From a virus (lineage: Duplodnaviria > Heunggongvirae > Uroviricota > Caudoviricetes): a stretch of DNA of 64,000 nucleotides. Where the stretch lies: positions 213,763-277,762 of the IMG/VR virus record IMGVR_UViG_3300027710_000010. One strand, given 5' to 3'. The translations under genes and the position numbers were made by a program. This document shows positions 41,001 to 48,239 of the stretch, one piece after another. The notes under the pieces were generated by a model that did no database searches, was not told the origin of the DNA, and saw only the letters and a list, made by a program, of their open reading frames with translations. Numbering within the stretch: position 1 is the first letter of the stretch; every line of letters begins with the position of its first letter.

Positions 41001-41809
41001 AATTCAATTGTACCAGTACCAACAGTATTAATTTCAAAATTGCTATTTGAACTAGTAGTCTCAATGCGATTGCCAACAATTTGAATGTCGTCAGTACGTA
41101 GTGGTCCACCTATGATATCACCAGTTACTGTTAATGTTCCGCCAATAGTTATATTGCCAGGCATCGTAATTGCGCCTGTTGGCCCAACAGTTAATGAGTT
41201 GTTGATAACAACTGAACCAGTGCCGTTACCGTTTAAATTTAAATCGGTATTAGTAACGCTAGTTGTTACTGTATTGTTGGATAGGTATAAATCACCTATC
41301 TCTAAAAATTTAAAATTACCGTTTAACCAACGTTGTCCAGTACCACCTAGTATATAAGTGTCTGTGATATTTGGCATGATATTACTGTTAATATCTGCCG
41401 CAAATACTACGTTGTCGGTATTGTTATCACCTAACTGTAATGATCCGTCTGCTGTGATAGATCCAGTGGCGTGTAAGTTGCCGTTAATTAAAACGTCATT
41501 GTTAATTGTTACTTTGTCTAAGTTTGTGGCTGCATTTAAAATTAAATCGCCAATTTGACTGCTAATAGTATTGTCATTGATAAAAATTTCATCAATGTCT
41601 AGCGAGCCACCTAATAGAGTTGTTGCACGAGCTGTGCCAGTAATGTCTAGGGTGTATGCAGGGTTAGAGTTCTTAATACCAATTCTGTGATTGGCAGAGT
41701 TCGGATCTGTAACCTTAAGATATAGTAGATCGTCCTCAAAGCGTAAATTAACTCCATCTCGAGTTAAATTTTCCTTTAAGAGCGGACCTGAAATGCGACC
41801 AATGGCCAT
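35009..41809 (-). CDS. Very long repetitive fibre protein
   Basis: 2266 aa; 5x GGPxxTDDIxIxGNxIxTT and ~7x LTxGRVVLAG..GELEDS.NLTF repeats; ends DDAIAFAIALG; GAGGAG RBS. Confidence 0.8.
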   Translation of the reverse strand: MAIGRISGPLLKENLTRDGVNLRFEDDLLYLKVTDPNSANHRIGIKNSNPAYTLDITGTARATTLLGGSLDIDEIFINDNTISSQIGDLILNAATNLDKVTINNDVLINGNLHATGSITADGSLQLGDNNTDNVVFAADINSNIMPNITDTYILGGTGQRWLNGNFKFLEIGDLYLSNNTVTTSVTNTDLNLNGNGTGSVVINNSLTVGPTGAITMPGNITIGGTLTVTGDIIGGPLRTDDIQIVGNRIETTSSNSNFEINTVGTGTIELLANSNVIGDLGVSNKVTATNISSTGQVTFATGASGSVASFGTTGNRVWIQGGAANNTIYSENNQLQIAPGGLNWTTQGALFTTTNVAVKYTTTSTSSTTGALTVAGGAGIAENLNVGGTLGVSGSATLGNLQVNGTTTLTGPVTASNNLTIGGTLTVTGDIVGGPLRTDDIQIVGNRIETTVSNSNFEINTVGTGSIELLANTNITGTFDVSSQATLASANVEDLTSGRVVLAGVSGELEDSTNLTFDGSTLTVTGDETVTGTATLGNVVVNGTSLLTGVVTANNNVNIAGTLTVTGDIVGGPLRTDDIQIVGNRIETTASNSNFEINTVGTGTVELLANTNVTGTFDVSSQATLASANVEDLTSGRIVLAGTSGELEDSSNLTFDGTTLTVTGNISVTGGTTSTINGITITGTTVDSADSSGITFTPLVTFSSDASVENNLYVRNQITTENILVEGNLTVLGTETIINSDSFSVNDGLIYIGEDNQSDVIDLGFVASFDDGTYQHSGFVRDATDGKWKLFEGVIDEPSLTINFAQATYATLKLGTLEVDSLLNSNLTSGRVVLAGTNGALEDSTNLTFDGTTLTITGDQDIVGNLDVSVQATLASANIEDLTSGRVVLAGTAGELEDSANLTFDGTTLTVTGDQHITGDLDVDGDITLGGNIRIGNQDVDTVTVVADFTSDLFPNESNTYDIGRANKAWRTLYASEFDNNVININDNTIKTTVSNADLELRANGTGNIIVPSNDVTFSQNLDVTGTTTLNTTVVNDALTVNASSTFNNTVDVNSTLTVTGAVVVNGDTTNTGNVSVSGNLIVTGDIVGGPLITDDIRIDGNTIKTTASNSNLELDTVGTGSIELLTNSRVSGTFDVTGNTTLGTTDADTVEVKAEFISNLVPDTTDLYDLGIAGKRWNQLNTNNALIGDVSVSGSTIETTLLNSDLYLNANGTGSVIISNLLTLGSSGSLSFSGETVNFNNILIDGDGDYSVIRTIDSNTNLYLDAAGTGTINLTSNTNIVGNLDVTGDITLGGNIRIGDTTLDTVTVQADFTSDLIPNASNLYDLGASDKQWRIVNAAEFDNNVININDNVITTKVSNADLELRANGTGTILVPQNDVTFSQALTVNGNTILDVVTINDTLTVNAPSTFNDTVDITGNLTVTGDTTQQGNLTVTQNLIVTGDIVGGPIITDDIRIAGNRIETTASNSNLELDTVGTGTIELLANSKVTGTFEATGLSTLAQAEVSDLTATRLVLAGVNGRLVDNADLTYNSFGQLSTNQLIVNSYANFKSNVKVEQLTTGRVTFAGADQTLADSANFTYNGTTLTVTGNETVTGTVIVGTSITVPIGNITTLNSGEANIDSIRIDTNVISTTESNADLVLDPSGSGIVYISGTGAVRIPAGNTFERPATGEAGFIRYNSQTNNIEAWNGVVFTGISGGSSADANGDTLITFETAGNNEDIIRFFTGVAGETPGSTLDSVERVTISNNGLTVDNNVRLQNNYIETTVSNSDLELRAHATGRVYVPTNNVEIENNLTVNTATYLNTLDTSGQATLASANVEDLTAGRVVLAGVNGELEDSANLTFNGTLLTVTGNEEITGTLDVTGNTTLNYTEIDELLVSGKVRISGNVIENTVSDEDLIIRASGSGRVILDGSGSPGDTGNVFATDPLLTLNSSQYGANTYDSGLIIERGSDINKAFIWDESADAFALVSTIEQGTVRGNVAITNYQDLHVASIKLNSESINKVTFTDASKIVRTIDSGAVAYVDGVIKFNTGAEAAIPTGTTAERPVTPQEGTVRFNTTDLAFEGYAEGSWRSMGFGSGTAPTYQGFLANGTDFEFTLSQVPLSAAAIMVAINGVVQEPNIAYTVDGSILRFIDDTSTVVAPEQSDRIDVRFLSMPAVTSVHTVNFTADGVSDTFDTQFQIPNEECIMVFVNSVYQDTEVYSINGTEVTFVDETPSLDDRVNIVIFPTIIAPDLPTKTYVDQQITLVSNTATDDAIAFAIALG

Positions 41810-41915
41810 ACTCTCTCCTCATACACCGAGTTGCACGGATAACCAAATTTTCAGCTTGCGCTCTTTGCTGGTTTACACAGTTTAATTGCCCAGCCAACTT
41901 TGGCATGTGCTAGTG

Positions 41916-41923
41916 TATTTACC
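41916..41923 (-). promoter_or_regulatory. Possible late promoter (GGTAAATA) with ~100 nt leader
   Basis: Intergenic TAAATA core. Confidence 0.5.
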
Positions 41924-41944
41924 AAAAATTTAAATAATGGGGAG

Positions 41945-42445
41945 TTACTGGTCGAATCCGTGTAGCACAGTGAGTTCCTTACCAAGAGGTAATGGAGAAC
42001 TGAGTACAAGGTACCATCCTGCGGCATAAGGAGCGTTAGGTCCTGAGCTAGGATTTTGTACTAACGTATAGTTAGTTGTGGAAATTTGCATAACGTTTTC
42101 AACTAAAACAATTACTGCGTCTGCGCTGATAGGAACTGGACTTAATAATCCAAATGTTGTTTCAACATCGTCTCCTGGTCCAAACGTTTGTTTAGTAATT
42201 GTAGTAGCTTCTTTAAATCTAATGCTTCTCCAACTACTGTTTTGATAAGCTTCTAATTGATTATCAGTTGTGTTGTATCTAATATGTCCGTTCACTGGTG
42301 TGGCTGGACGATCTGTAGTGTTATTGCCTTTAGGAATCAATAGCGAATTTCGTGTGTCCATTAGAACTTGCCCGTTGATATCAACGGCTAAGCTATCGTC
42401 TTCGATATTCTTTCTTGATAAGTTTTGTTTTTTTAGAAACTTCAT
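41945..42445 (-). CDS. Virion structural protein
   Basis: 166 aa; IPKG..TDRP...GHIRYNT...LEAY...W motif shared with the fibre proteins. Confidence 0.6.
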   Translation of the reverse strand: MKFLKKQNLSRKNIEDDSLAVDINGQVLMDTRNSLLIPKGNNTTDRPATPVNGHIRYNTTDNQLEAYQNSSWRSIRFKEATTITKQTFGPGDDVETTFGLLSPVPISADAVIVLVENVMQISTTNYTLVQNPSSGPNAPYAAGWYLVLSSPLPLGKELTVLHGFDQ

Positions 42446-42446
42446 A

Positions 42447-42767
42447 TTAACTTACTTGTAAAGTACAGAATGTTACATTTAGTCTGCTGTTATCACTCGC
42501 AACTGCACTGATAAAATCTTGTGAACCTAAAATAATCTTTTCACTATCAAACGTTAGTGTTTCGCCTGCAGGAACTAGCAAGTCTTTGATAATTCTATTT
42601 GTATCGCTAGCAGTTCCACCACTAGGCACTAAGTTAAGTGAAGACAATGTGACATCTGATCCGCTATAGTTACAGAAAAACATAGTAGTCACAGCAAATT
42701 CCTGTCCCGATGGAACAGTATAAACTGCCGTTGGTGTAGTTGTAACTAATGTATTAGAAATTGCCAT
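42447..42767 (-). CDS. Small beta-rich virion adaptor-like protein
   Basis: 106 aa; resembles 34673..35005 and 18546..18920. Confidence 0.6.
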   Translation of the reverse strand: MAISNTLVTTTPTAVYTVPSGQEFAVTTMFFCNYSGSDVTLSSLNLVPSGGTASDTNRIIKDLLVPAGETLTFDSEKIILGSQDFISAVASDNSRLNVTFCTLQVS

Positions 42768-42776
42768 TTTTTATCC

Positions 42777-43769
42777 TTAAAACAATAATGAGTATAACAA
42801 TGCTTTTTTACTGCTTATTAACTCACCGTTTGTTGTTGTATTTACAAATTTAATTCCAGTGCCGCCAGTTCCAATAGTTGCACTGCTATAAATTTTATTT
42901 TGTCCTGCTGAGCTTGATGGTGCAGATCCTTGATTTGCTAATGATAATGTATCATTAATATATACTAGTCCAGTCCCGTTTCCGCTTAATGACAAATTAG
43001 TGTCAGTAAGAGTAGTTGTAATAGTATTTGATGCTAACTCAAGATCCCCTACAGTAAAAGTGCCAATGACTGCTAATCCTGTACTTGTTACTTCAGCTCT
43101 TGTAGTTCCATCAACTTCGATAGTTACTTTACTAGTGGCGTCACCTGCATCAGTGTCATATGATCTTGCTCCAGTATTGTATGGAGTTGATGTACCGCTG
43201 TTAAATCTATAAAATCTATCAACTAATGCCACACCTGATGAAGCCGCTACGTAGTCGTTTATCCATTTTTTATTTGGAATATCGTCGTCATCTGTAACTC
43301 TTAATTCATAATCTGGAACTTGACTTACACTAATGACTCCGCTGCCTGTAACACCGGTATTGATCGCAAGATCGCCACCGCCAGTTTGTAAACTATTAAA
43401 TTTCAAACCTATTAAGTTTCCAACAGCATCTACAAATGTAAATGCACCTGCTCGAGTTACACCTGTTGGACTAGTATGCGATAAACTTTCATCAAATAAG
43501 AAACTAGCATCTGATACTGTTCCTCTTTCAATAGTAAATCCAGAAGTAACAAGCGATACTCCTGAACTCTGCTCACCTACATTTAAGTATATAATATTGT
43601 CTTTGACAGCCAAAGTTTCAGAGTCAACTGTAGTACTGTTACCTAATACAGTTAAATCACCAGTAACGATTACACGACCAATTTGATTGCCCGTGTCTAA
43701 TGTTATGGTACCGTTTTGTTGGGTGACTACTTTGTAATCACCGTCTTGGACTCTGACTACTTTTGACAT
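42777..43769 (-). CDS. Virion fibre-base/structural protein with hydrophobic C-terminus
   Basis: 330 aa; GDLTVLG..TTVDS..L.VKDNIIYLN...GFTIERG motif shared with the fibres; ends KKALLYSLLF. Confidence 0.6.
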   Translation of the reverse strand: MSKVVRVQDGDYKVVTQQNGTITLDTGNQIGRVIVTGDLTVLGNSTTVDSETLAVKDNIIYLNVGEQSSGVSLVTSGFTIERGTVSDASFLFDESLSHTSPTGVTRAGAFTFVDAVGNLIGLKFNSLQTGGGDLAINTGVTGSGVISVSQVPDYELRVTDDDDIPNKKWINDYVAASSGVALVDRFYRFNSGTSTPYNTGARSYDTDAGDATSKVTIEVDGTTRAEVTSTGLAVIGTFTVGDLELASNTITTTLTDTNLSLSGNGTGLVYINDTLSLANQGSAPSSSAGQNKIYSSATIGTGGTGIKFVNTTTNGELISSKKALLYSLLF

Positions 43770-43770
43770 A

Positions 43771-44163
43771 TTAGATAGCTGTTAGTACGATATAGTTAGC
43801 TGATGAATCATCAGTGACTGCCCACTGATATCTATTGTTGCTGAAATCTCTGCAAGTTCTGTTATACATCTTAGCGATTCTAACAGAAGTACCACCGCCA
43901 GTACTTAGATAACCTACGATGGACATTTCATTAGCACCTAATGCGCCGGCAGCTTTGTCTACTAGGATACATACACCTTCGTTACCTGTTCCGTTGGCAG
44001 CATCGTTTACTTTGAATGTACGAACTGATCTCTGTGACAATATGATACCTTGTGCTGATTCTGCGTTAGAACCTACTTGGCAGTTAATTGTAATGTTGTT
44101 ACCTTCGGTTCCTACTGAACCTGCAGTTAAACCGAAATATCTTTTATTAATTGGGCGTCCCAT
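43771..44163 (-). CDS. Small structural protein, candidate capsid decoration/vertex protein
   Basis: Start reassigned to ATG 44163 (MGRPINKRYFG) after a strong TAAGGAGA RBS; directly follows the major capsid gene with its own late promoter. Confidence 0.55.
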   Translation of the reverse strand: MGRPINKRYFGLTAGSVGTEGNNITINCQVGSNAESAQGIILSQRSVRTFKVNDAANGTGNEGVCILVDKAAGALGANEMSIVGYLSTGGGTSVRIAKMYNRTCRDFSNNRYQWAVTDDSSANYIVLTAI

Positions 44164-44246
44164 TTGTTTCTCCTTAATGATTGACGTTCTAGGTCTACGC
44201 GGTGGGTAACCGCATAAGTCTTGCTTTATGCAAGTTCTAGACAAAG

Positions 44247-44255
44247 TATTTATCG
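44247..44255 (-). promoter_or_regulatory. T4-type late promoter (CGATAAATA)
   Basis: Downstream of the gp23 terminator, upstream of a structured leader. Confidence 0.7.
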
Positions 44256-44278
44256 AACTTGTTAAAGTGTATAGCCGT

Positions 44279-44302
44279 AAAAAAGCACCCCGAAGGGTGC
44301 TT
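44279..44302 (-). terminator. Rho-independent terminator after the major capsid gene
   Basis: Minus strand AAGCACCC-TTCG-GGGTGCTTTTTT: GC stem, UUCG tetraloop, U-tract. Confidence 0.9.
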
Positions 44303-44324
44303 AGTCTTTATTCTAGTAATTAGA

Positions 44325-45515
44325 TTACTTGAATGATAGTTTGCTTGTAGTAACTGTAACTGTACCTAAGTAGTCAGCCGCGTTACCAAGAGAACTTGCT
44401 GTGTTTGACAACTCAACATAACCATAACGTGTCATGAATGATACGACTGGTTCGAATGTTGATGGATCAAGAACAACACCACTGCTCATCAATGGAATGT
44501 ATGGGCAATAGAATGCTGCGGCGTCGCTTTCGCTTGTGCCTTTGTAACCAACAAGCACTTTATTACCAGCGTCTGTTGAATCAGCAGAATATGTGTTAAC
44601 ATAAACTTTCATTGCACCGTTCAATGTACCAACTAACTTAGTGTTTGTTGGAGCTTCGAAAGTACCTTCTGTTGTACGAGCAAATGCGCTAGTAGTTGCA
44701 GACTGAAGAACAGTCAACATTGTTGGTGATACAACACACCAGTTACCAGCACCACGACGTGTACGCTGGGCGATACGGTTTGCAACACGGTTGATCTGAA
44801 CGGCCAATGCGGCATGTTCGTCACCAACGAATGTAGCAGTACCACTTACTGCGCTTTGGTCGAATGATTCTGTATTGCTTGAACCAGCTAAAGTTGTCAA
44901 TGAAGAGATAATCTCTTGATCGATTTCAGCTGTAATTTCTTGCGCTAAAGCAGCCATGATTTCTGCTTCGATGTCAATGCCTTGTTGGGCTTGTGCATCT
45001 TGAGCAGCTTCAAACGTCCAGCGAGCTGACAATTTACGTGTCTTAGCTTCAACTGTCTGTTTCAAGATCTGAATGCTTAAACGCTTACCAGCTGCGCCTT
45101 CTAGGGCGGCAGTTGAAGCAGCCTTACCAGTACCAGCGGCACCAGAATAGCTTTCTGCGATCTTGAATGGGCTTAGTGCCTCTTCACCAGCTGTTGCATC
45201 TCCTGTACCACTTCCGTTTGTATCGCTGTAGCGAACACGTAGAGTATGGATTTGACCAACTGGGCCAGTCATTGGTTGTACACCAACTAACTCGTTAGCG
45301 ATAACGGTTGGCATAACGCGACGGATCACTGGAAGGATCACGCGATTTAAAGTTGCGACGTTGCCGGCAGAAGTGGCACCTGTGCTTGCAGATTCTGACA
45401 AGTACTTACGAGTATTCTCGAGAGTAGCTGACATTACTGAACGCTTAGTACCTTGTAGGCCTTCTAGAAGTGCCTCTTTGGTCTCTGCCCAACGGCCGTG
45501 TAGTAGTTCTGACAT
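44325..45515 (-). CDS. gp23: Major capsid protein (T4 gp23-like)
   Basis: 396 aa; IRRVMPTVIANELVGVQPMTGPVGQIHTLR, VEAKTRKLSARWTFEAAQD, FYCPYIPL, FMTRYG motifs. Confidence 0.97.
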   Translation of the reverse strand: MSELLHGRWAETKEALLEGLQGTKRSVMSATLENTRKYLSESASTGATSAGNVATLNRVILPVIRRVMPTVIANELVGVQPMTGPVGQIHTLRVRYSDTNGSGTGDATAGEEALSPFKIAESYSGAAGTGKAASTAALEGAAGKRLSIQILKQTVEAKTRKLSARWTFEAAQDAQAQQGIDIEAEIMAALAQEITAEIDQEIISSLTTLAGSSNTESFDQSAVSGTATFVGDEHAALAVQINRVANRIAQRTRRGAGNWCVVSPTMLTVLQSATTSAFARTTEGTFEAPTNTKLVGTLNGAMKVYVNTYSADSTDAGNKVLVGYKGTSESDAAAFYCPYIPLMSSGVVLDPSTFEPVVSFMTRYGYVELSNTASSLGNAADYLGTVTVTTSKLSFK

Positions 45516-45526
45516 TTAAATTCTCC

Positions 45527-46624
45527 TTAAATTTTTAGTCCTGCGAGCCTGCGGATGTCAATAACCTGACCATCTCGCTCGCTGCTACGATTGCTGTTGG
45601 AAATTTCTTTATTTCCTGTTATTTCTTTTGCCTCTAAAAGTGCCTGTTTCTTCTGCGGAGCATTGCCTTCTATTACAGCTGGCAAATACTTGTTAAAACT
45701 TTCAACTAAACGATGTGTTTGCACACTCTCTAATAGTTCACCCATAATGCCTTTTTGTTCAGCCGCTAGCGGTGCCAATAATTCATTCATGGTTTGTTTT
45801 CTTACCATACTCTCTTTAAGAGTATTGATTTCTGCTTCCTTGCTTTCTATGACTTTCTGTGCTGTTACTGCAACGGATTGTGCTTCAGCAATTTCAAATT
45901 CTTTCTTGTCTATGACTTTGAGCAATTTGGCAGCTTCTGATTTTTCATTAATATAACTTGTTTGAAATTCGTTGCTAAACGCTTCGAATATCTTACGACC
46001 AAAATCAGCTTTACGAGCGGCATCAATGTCTTCACGTAATTGTGTAAGTTCAGTCTTTAGACTTGACTCAACAATACCTTCCACCATTACTGCGGCACGT
46101 TGTACAAACTGAGTTTTAATCTTAGCAAGTTGTCCTTTACCTTCACGGATCAAGCGAACTTTCGTTTCGGCAAGATCTTGTTTATCTTTGTAAAATTCAG
46201 CGATTTCATTGGCTAATGCTTCTACTACAAATTCTTCTAACTTGAAGAACTTTGAAGCCATGACTTTTTGGTCTTCATGCAATTCTTTTACTTCAGAAGC
46301 TAGTTGACGTGCTACGAATTCCTTCATAACAGCGGCATCATTCTTCATCTTAACTGCATACTTGGCTTTAGCTTCGGCTAATTGAGCGCGGTCTTCGATG
46401 AACTCGGCAATCTCTGGTGCTAGTTGGTCACTAACCATACGGTCAATAGCCTCTACCATCACAGATCTGTCGTGTTCATAACGCTGACTGAACTCTTCTC
46501 TTAACGCTTGAGTAACTTGTTCTTTATTCTCGTTTACACGAGCTTCCCATGCTTCCTCGATTTGCGCCTTGATATCCTCAGAAATCACATTGTTTTCAAA
46601 TAAAGATTTTAGTGCATCCAACAT
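45527..46624 (-). CDS. gp22: Prohead scaffolding protein (T4 gp22-like)
   Basis: 365 aa, Glu/Lys-rich coiled coil between the protease and capsid genes. Confidence 0.8.
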   Translation of the reverse strand: MLDALKSLFENNVISEDIKAQIEEAWEARVNENKEQVTQALREEFSQRYEHDRSVMVEAIDRMVSDQLAPEIAEFIEDRAQLAEAKAKYAVKMKNDAAVMKEFVARQLASEVKELHEDQKVMASKFFKLEEFVVEALANEIAEFYKDKQDLAETKVRLIREGKGQLAKIKTQFVQRAAVMVEGIVESSLKTELTQLREDIDAARKADFGRKIFEAFSNEFQTSYINEKSEAAKLLKVIDKKEFEIAEAQSVAVTAQKVIESKEAEINTLKESMVRKQTMNELLAPLAAEQKGIMGELLESVQTHRLVESFNKYLPAVIEGNAPQKKQALLEAKEITGNKEISNSNRSSERDGQVIDIRRLAGLKI

Positions 46625-46636
46625 GTGATTCTCCTC

Positions 46637-47272
46637 TTATTGGAGTTTGCTTATTATACCTAATAAGCTCTCTTTTAAATAACGCTGTGCTGCCGGGTCA
46701 CCCTTTACCTCTTGCGCTATGCGTAAGGCATTATAACCACCACGACTATTCATCAGGTGTTCATAAATTGGCGTAGGATATGCTCCCGGTGCACTGGGTT
46801 GAGCTACCACATCTACTGTGATAATCTCAAAATCGCTGACTCTTCCAGTTCCGTCACCGCTGACGTTGCCTGAGCCTCGACTTGACACTCCCAACTTAAC
46901 CCCACTTTCTAACATAGTTCTCACTAGTTGTCCCATGGGAGTTGGTAATATCTTAAACTTTCCGTAACCATTTGGTCCGTCCATCCACATTTCTGTAATC
47001 ATGTGTGACACACGGTCCAAATTAATTTTTAGGTCATCTGGATGATCAACTTCACCTAATACAGAGTATCCGCCAGAAATTTGATCGTTCAAAGTTTTGA
47101 CAGCTCGCTCAATCTCGTCCACAGGGTACACACGTTGGTTAGCATTTTTAATGCCACCTTGTATGCAGATACCCTTCATATATAGGTTCTTCCCGTCTTG
47201 TCCGTCAGACTCGACCACCATACGGGCTTGGTCGAAACTGAGGTTTTCGCGAAGATAGTTGATTTTATTCAT
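46637..47272 (-). CDS. gp21: Prohead protease (T4 gp21-like)
   Basis: KNANQRVYP, LGEVDHP, INLDRVSH, LGVSSRGSG, DVVAQPSAPGA motifs. Confidence 0.95.
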   Translation of the reverse strand: MNKINYLRENLSFDQARMVVESDGQDGKNLYMKGICIQGGIKNANQRVYPVDEIERAVKTLNDQISGGYSVLGEVDHPDDLKINLDRVSHMITEMWMDGPNGYGKFKILPTPMGQLVRTMLESGVKLGVSSRGSGNVSGDGTGRVSDFEIITVDVVAQPSAPGAYPTPIYEHLMNSRGGYNALRIAQEVKGDPAAQRYLKESLLGIISKLQ

Positions 47273-47275
47273 TTT

Positions 47276-48151
47276 TTATTTGCCGCCAATAATGCTTTTT
47301 GCGTTAGCACCATTGTCGCCAGTGCTTTTCTTCTCTGCACCATGACCTGCTGAAACAGTTTTTAAGTGTTTCACACCTGCTTTACCACCAGGAACATTAA
47401 CGTTGCCGCCATTTTGATCCTTGGTAGATGGATTTAACAAGCCGCCTTGTGTGCCGCCTTTTCCACCGTCACCACCTTTTACGATGTTGCCAGTTGTACC
47501 ACCCATATCATTTTTACCAGCTACGATCGATTTCTTGTTTGCACCGTCATCGCCCATCTTAGCTGTTACTTTTTCTACATATTCACGAATAAACGCTTCA
47601 TCTGTTGCTTCAGTATCTTCTTCGTCATCGCGAACTTCCATAGCTTGCATGTCTTGTGGAGCCATCATCTGTCCCATCTCTGGAACTTCGTCGTCGCCCA
47701 TGTCGCCCATGTCGTCTCCGCCTTCTTCGCCGGTGTCATCACCGCCCATTAGGCTTTCAAATTCGTCACGTAATGCATCTAATGCATCTTCTAAATCTAC
47801 TACGCGGTCTTGTAGACCTTCTACGTCGTTACCTGACAAGTCAACGCCGTCACCAGCATCACCGCCAAAGTCATCTCCGCCTTCCTCGCCATCATCTTCG
47901 AGGTCGCCTAGCATGTCGTCGGTGTCATCACCGCCCATTGCTGCCGCTTCGGCCGCAGCCATATCAGCTGGCTCTTCTTCAGGAACTGCTCCTGGTACTT
48001 CGCCATCTTCATTGAAATCATCTGCAAGTAATGTTTCATAAATTTCGCGTGATTTTGCAACTACGATATCATGAAATAATTCCTTGGCTTTTTGTTCGTC
48101 TTCATTAATTAAGTGCTCGAGCATTTGCTCGAATTTTGAACGGTCAGTCAT
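47276..48151 (-). CDS. Highly acidic prohead core/internal protein
   Basis: 291 aa; D/E/G-rich with a basic Gly-rich tail; position between portal and protease genes. Confidence 0.55.
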   Translation of the reverse strand: MTDRSKFEQMLEHLINEDEQKAKELFHDIVVAKSREIYETLLADDFNEDGEVPGAVPEEEPADMAAAEAAAMGGDDTDDMLGDLEDDGEEGGDDFGGDAGDGVDLSGNDVEGLQDRVVDLEDALDALRDEFESLMGGDDTGEEGGDDMGDMGDDEVPEMGQMMAPQDMQAMEVRDDEEDTEATDEAFIREYVEKVTAKMGDDGANKKSIVAGKNDMGGTTGNIVKGGDGGKGGTQGGLLNPSTKDQNGGNVNVPGGKAGVKHLKTVSAGHGAEKKSTGDNGANAKSIIGGK

Positions 48152-48186
48152 GTTAAGTTCTCCTATAGGTATGAGCTGTCATAAAA

Positions 48187-48194
48187 TATTTACA
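48187..48194 (-). promoter_or_regulatory. Possible late promoter (TGTAAATA) for the core-protease-scaffold-capsid operon
   Basis: Intergenic TAAATA core upstream of an AGGAGA RBS. Confidence 0.55.
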
Positions 48195-48239
48195 CATTAT
48201 GCGAAAAAACGTGCTATAATGGTGTGAATTCGAGACATT

